DNA from: an uncultured delta proteobacterium | GTDB lineage: Bacteria; Desulfobacterota; Binatia; UBA9968 | Reading direction: 5' to 3' | Assembly: GCA_963755715.1 (NCBI GenBank) | Contig: CAVWLW010000076.1 | Span: forward strand, 32,001 to 96,000 | Length of the DNA: 64,000 nucleotides | Shown here: in pieces, positions 61,517-64,000 of the stretch | Layout of the letters: each line of letters begins with the position of its first letter | Position numbering within the stretch: the stretch's first letter is position 1 | Notes under the pieces: generated by a model | The model's input: only the letters and a program-made list of their open reading frames with translations | The model's database searches: none | Told to the model about the DNA's origin: nothing | Position numbers and translations under genes: made by a program

Positions 61517-62788
61517 GTGGCTCAAGTGAAAAAAAAGCAAAGCCAAGATTTGACTCGGCGAAATTTTCTAAAACTGTCTGGCGGCGCGTTAGGTACCCTG
61601 TTGGCCGGAATGCCAAAGGGCTGGATTGGCGGCGCGTACGCCGCGGACGGTCCAGAGACGACGAGCATCCGGATTGGCATCATTGCCTTGACCGATTGTT
61701 CGTCGATCGTGATGGCGCACGAATTGGGACTGTTCAAAAAATACGGCATCGAGTCAACGATCTCTAAGGAAGCATCCTGGGCCGCGATCCGCGACAAAAT
61801 CAATCTCGGCGAAAACCAGGCAACGCACATGCTTCTCGGCATGCCTTACGCGTCGACCATGGGACTTCTCGGCTCGCCGCAAAAGCCGATGATCGTCCCT
61901 TTCTATCTCAACCGTAACGGTCAGGCGATCACGCTCGACAAAGAATTGCTCGCCAAAGGCGTAAAAACGCCGCAGCAACTCAAGCCGGTTGTTATGGAAG
62001 CCAAAGCGAAGGGCGAACCGATGAGCTTTGCCATGACTTTTCCGCCGGGAACCCACGCTATGTGGATGCGCTATTGGCTGGCGTCAGGCGGTATTCATCC
62101 CGACAAGGATGTTTCGTTGATTACGATCCCGCCGCCGCAAATGGTGGCGAATATGAAAGTCGGTAAGATGGACGGCTTCTGCGTCGGCGAGCCGTGGAAC
62201 GCGCGCGCTATCGCTGACGGCATCGGTTTCACCGCGATCACGACGCAGCAAATCTGGAAGGATCATCCGGAAAAAGTTTTAGCGTTTACCGCCGACTTCG
62301 CCGACAAGAACCCGAAAACCGTCAAAGCGATTCTGCGCGCGGTGACGGAGTCGAGCCAGTACATCGACAAACTGGAAAATCGCGCGCACATGGCCGAGGT
62401 GGTGTCGAAACCGCAATATATCAACACCCAGAAAGAAGTGATTCTCGGGCGCATGCTCGGCGATTACGATTACGGCGACGGTCGCAAGGAAAAGGATCCT
62501 TTGTACATGACTTTCTTCGATCGCAATACGAATTTCCCGTGGAAATCGCATGGCGTGTGGTGGCTCTCACAATTCCGCCGCTGGGGCATGGTGAAAAGCG
62601 CGCCGGATTACACGGGCATCGTCAATAAAGTTCATCGGCCCGATCTCTACCGTGAAGTCGCCAAGGAGATGGGCATTACCGTACCGAAAGAAGACATGAA
62701 AAAGGAAACACTCTTTGACAAGATCGAGTTCGATCCCGCCAAACCGGAAGATTACGTAAAGAAATTCTCGATCAACAACCTGGCGTAG
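61517..62788 (+). CDS. nrtA: nitrate/nitrite ABC transporter substrate-binding protein (NrtA/CmpA)
   Basis: Tat signal TRRNFLK, IIALTDC, NGQAI, MTFPPGTH, CVGEPW, DHPEK. Confidence 0.88.
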   Translation: MAQVKKKQSQDLTRRNFLKLSGGALGTLLAGMPKGWIGGAYAADGPETTSIRIGIIALTDCSSIVMAHELGLFKKYGIESTISKEASWAAIRDKINLGENQATHMLLGMPYASTMGLLGSPQKPMIVPFYLNRNGQAITLDKELLAKGVKTPQQLKPVVMEAKAKGEPMSFAMTFPPGTHAMWMRYWLASGGIHPDKDVSLITIPPPQMVANMKVGKMDGFCVGEPWNARAIADGIGFTAITTQQIWKDHPEKVLAFTADFADKNPKTVKAILRAVTESSQYIDKLENRAHMAEVVSKPQYINTQKEVILGRMLGDYDYGDGRKEKDPLYMTFFDRNTNFPWKSHGVWWLSQFRRWGMVKSAPDYTGIVNKVHRPDLYREVAKEMGITVPKEDMKKETLFDKIEFDPAKPEDYVKKFSINNLA

Positions 62789-62802
62789 AGGAAAGTCGCA
62801 AA

Positions 62803-63576
62803 ATGGAAAAACGCATGGACTCCGCCGCGATGATCTTGCCGATGTTCGGTATCGGCCTAGTGTTGATTATCTGGACGGCTCTCAGCCTCAAGGTGGCGCC
62901 CGATTTGCCGTCGCCGCTGCGCACCTGGCAAGAAAGCCAGAACTATATCCTCAATCCGTTTTTTAAAGATGGCGAGATGAACCAAGGCATTCTCCGCTTC
63001 GCGTTTTTAAGTCTTATTCGCGTGGCAAAGGGTTTTCTCTTGGCAATCGCGATCGGCACGCCATTGGGTTTTTTGCTCGGCCTCTCGGCGAATTTTCACC
63101 GAGCTTTCGATCCGGTGATTCAAGTGCTCCGACCGATTTCGCCGTTGGCTTGGCTGCCGTTAGGTCTGGTCATCTTCAAGCAGTCGGAACCGGCGGCGCT
63201 GTTCACGATCGCGCTCTGCGCTATGTGGCCGACGGTGATCAATACGGCGATGGGCGTGCGCAGCATCAGCAGCGAATATCTCAACGTCGGTCGGGTGCTG
63301 AAACTCTCGCCGCTCAAGAAGCTCAGCAAGATTATGATCCCCGCGACGTTGCCCTACATGTTCACCGGCTATCGTCTGAGCCTCGGCATGGCTTGGCTGG
63401 TGATCGTCGCCGCCGAAATGCTGACCGGTTCGCCCGGTCTGGGAGGTTTTCTCTGGCAGGAATACAATAGTCTCGTCTACTCGCATATTCTCCTGTCCGT
63501 CATTTCCATCGGGCTCATCGGCTTTGCTCTCGACCGGCTCATGAGCGTGGTCGAGCGACGTTTCAAAACCGCGTGA
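62803..63576 (+). CDS. nrtB: nitrate ABC transporter permease
   Basis: LRPISPLAWLP, WPTVINTA, AWLVIVAAEM. Confidence 0.88.
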   Translation: MEKRMDSAAMILPMFGIGLVLIIWTALSLKVAPDLPSPLRTWQESQNYILNPFFKDGEMNQGILRFAFLSLIRVAKGFLLAIAIGTPLGFLLGLSANFHRAFDPVIQVLRPISPLAWLPLGLVIFKQSEPAALFTIALCAMWPTVINTAMGVRSISSEYLNVGRVLKLSPLKKLSKIMIPATLPYMFTGYRLSLGMAWLVIVAAEMLTGSPGLGGFLWQEYNSLVYSHILLSVISIGLIGFALDRLMSVVERRFKTA

Positions 63577-63584
63577 GACACGCG

Positions 63585-64000
63585 ATGGCCTATCTTGAAA
63601 TCAAGGGAGTTGGCAAAAGTTATCGGCGCAACGCGACTGGCGCGTCGGCAGATAGCGCCAGGCTGGCGGTGTTAAGCGACATCAATTTGGCGATCGACGA
63701 AAACGAATTTGTTTGTATTGTCGGCCGGTCCGGGTCGGGTAAGACGACGTTGATTTCATTGATCGCCGGACTGTTGGAGCCCGACCGTGGCGAAATTCTT
63801 CTCGATGGACGGTCGATCGACGGGCCGGGTCCCGACCGCGGCGTAGTGTTTCAAAATTATTCCTTGCTGCCTTGGATGAACGTTTTCGAAAACGTCTATC
63901 TCGCTGTTGACGCCGTGGCACCTCATCTTGCCGAGGCGGAGAAACGGGAGCGTGCTGAGCGCTATATCAACTTGGTCAATCTCGGCGCGGCGATGAAGAA
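63585..64000 (+). CDS. nitrate ABC transporter ATP-binding protein (truncated by window end)
   Basis: MAYLEIKGVGKSY...VGRSGSGKTT...GPGPDRGVVFQNYSLLPW. Confidence 0.85.
   Translation, partial: MAYLEIKGVGKSYRRNATGASADSARLAVLSDINLAIDENEFVCIVGRSGSGKTTLISLIAGLLEPDRGEILLDGRSIDGPGPDRGVVFQNYSLLPWMNVFENVYLAVDAVAPHLAEAEKRERAERYINLVNLGAAMK

Overview
A GC-rich bacterial window with a Deltaproteobacteria/Binatota-like gene complement (taxon is inferred). It holds: two type IV minor-pilin cassettes; the tmk-holB-metG-tatD housekeeping block; a ~17 kb minus-strand metal (most likely iron) acquisition region facing a DtxR/MntR repressor; a split circularly-permuted ATP-grasp/alpha-E/transglutaminase system flanking glgP and ppc; and a sigma54 nitrogen-assimilation region (P-II, amtB, glnA, ANTAR regulator, a NirA-Rieske fusion, nrtABD). 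The metal region contains a PhnDCE-type ABC transporter, a cytochrome c-FTR1 permease, two Mu Com-like Cys4 microproteins, an ApbE flavinylation module, ExbBD-TonB-HemP, a Fiu/PiuA-like receptor, PiuC, PepSY-flavodoxin and DUF3016/DUF4198 proteins. The most unusual observations are: (i) an oxyanion ABC transporter plus FTR1 operon with a putative DtxR operator and Pho-box-like repeats; (ii) paired Com-like zinc ribbons and a terminator-like leader hairpin; (iii) a 36-aa P-II-derived uORF ending in a hairpin ahead of glnA; (iv) an ANTAR two-hairpin switch controlling small ORF-STAS-MBL-nirA, next to a GATase-coupled, non-phosphorylatable ANTAR regulator. More than 20 single-base frameshifts, some in housekeeping genes, look like sequencing/assembly errors, so coordinates of split genes are approximate. 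I saw no rRNA, tRNA or CRISPR array.
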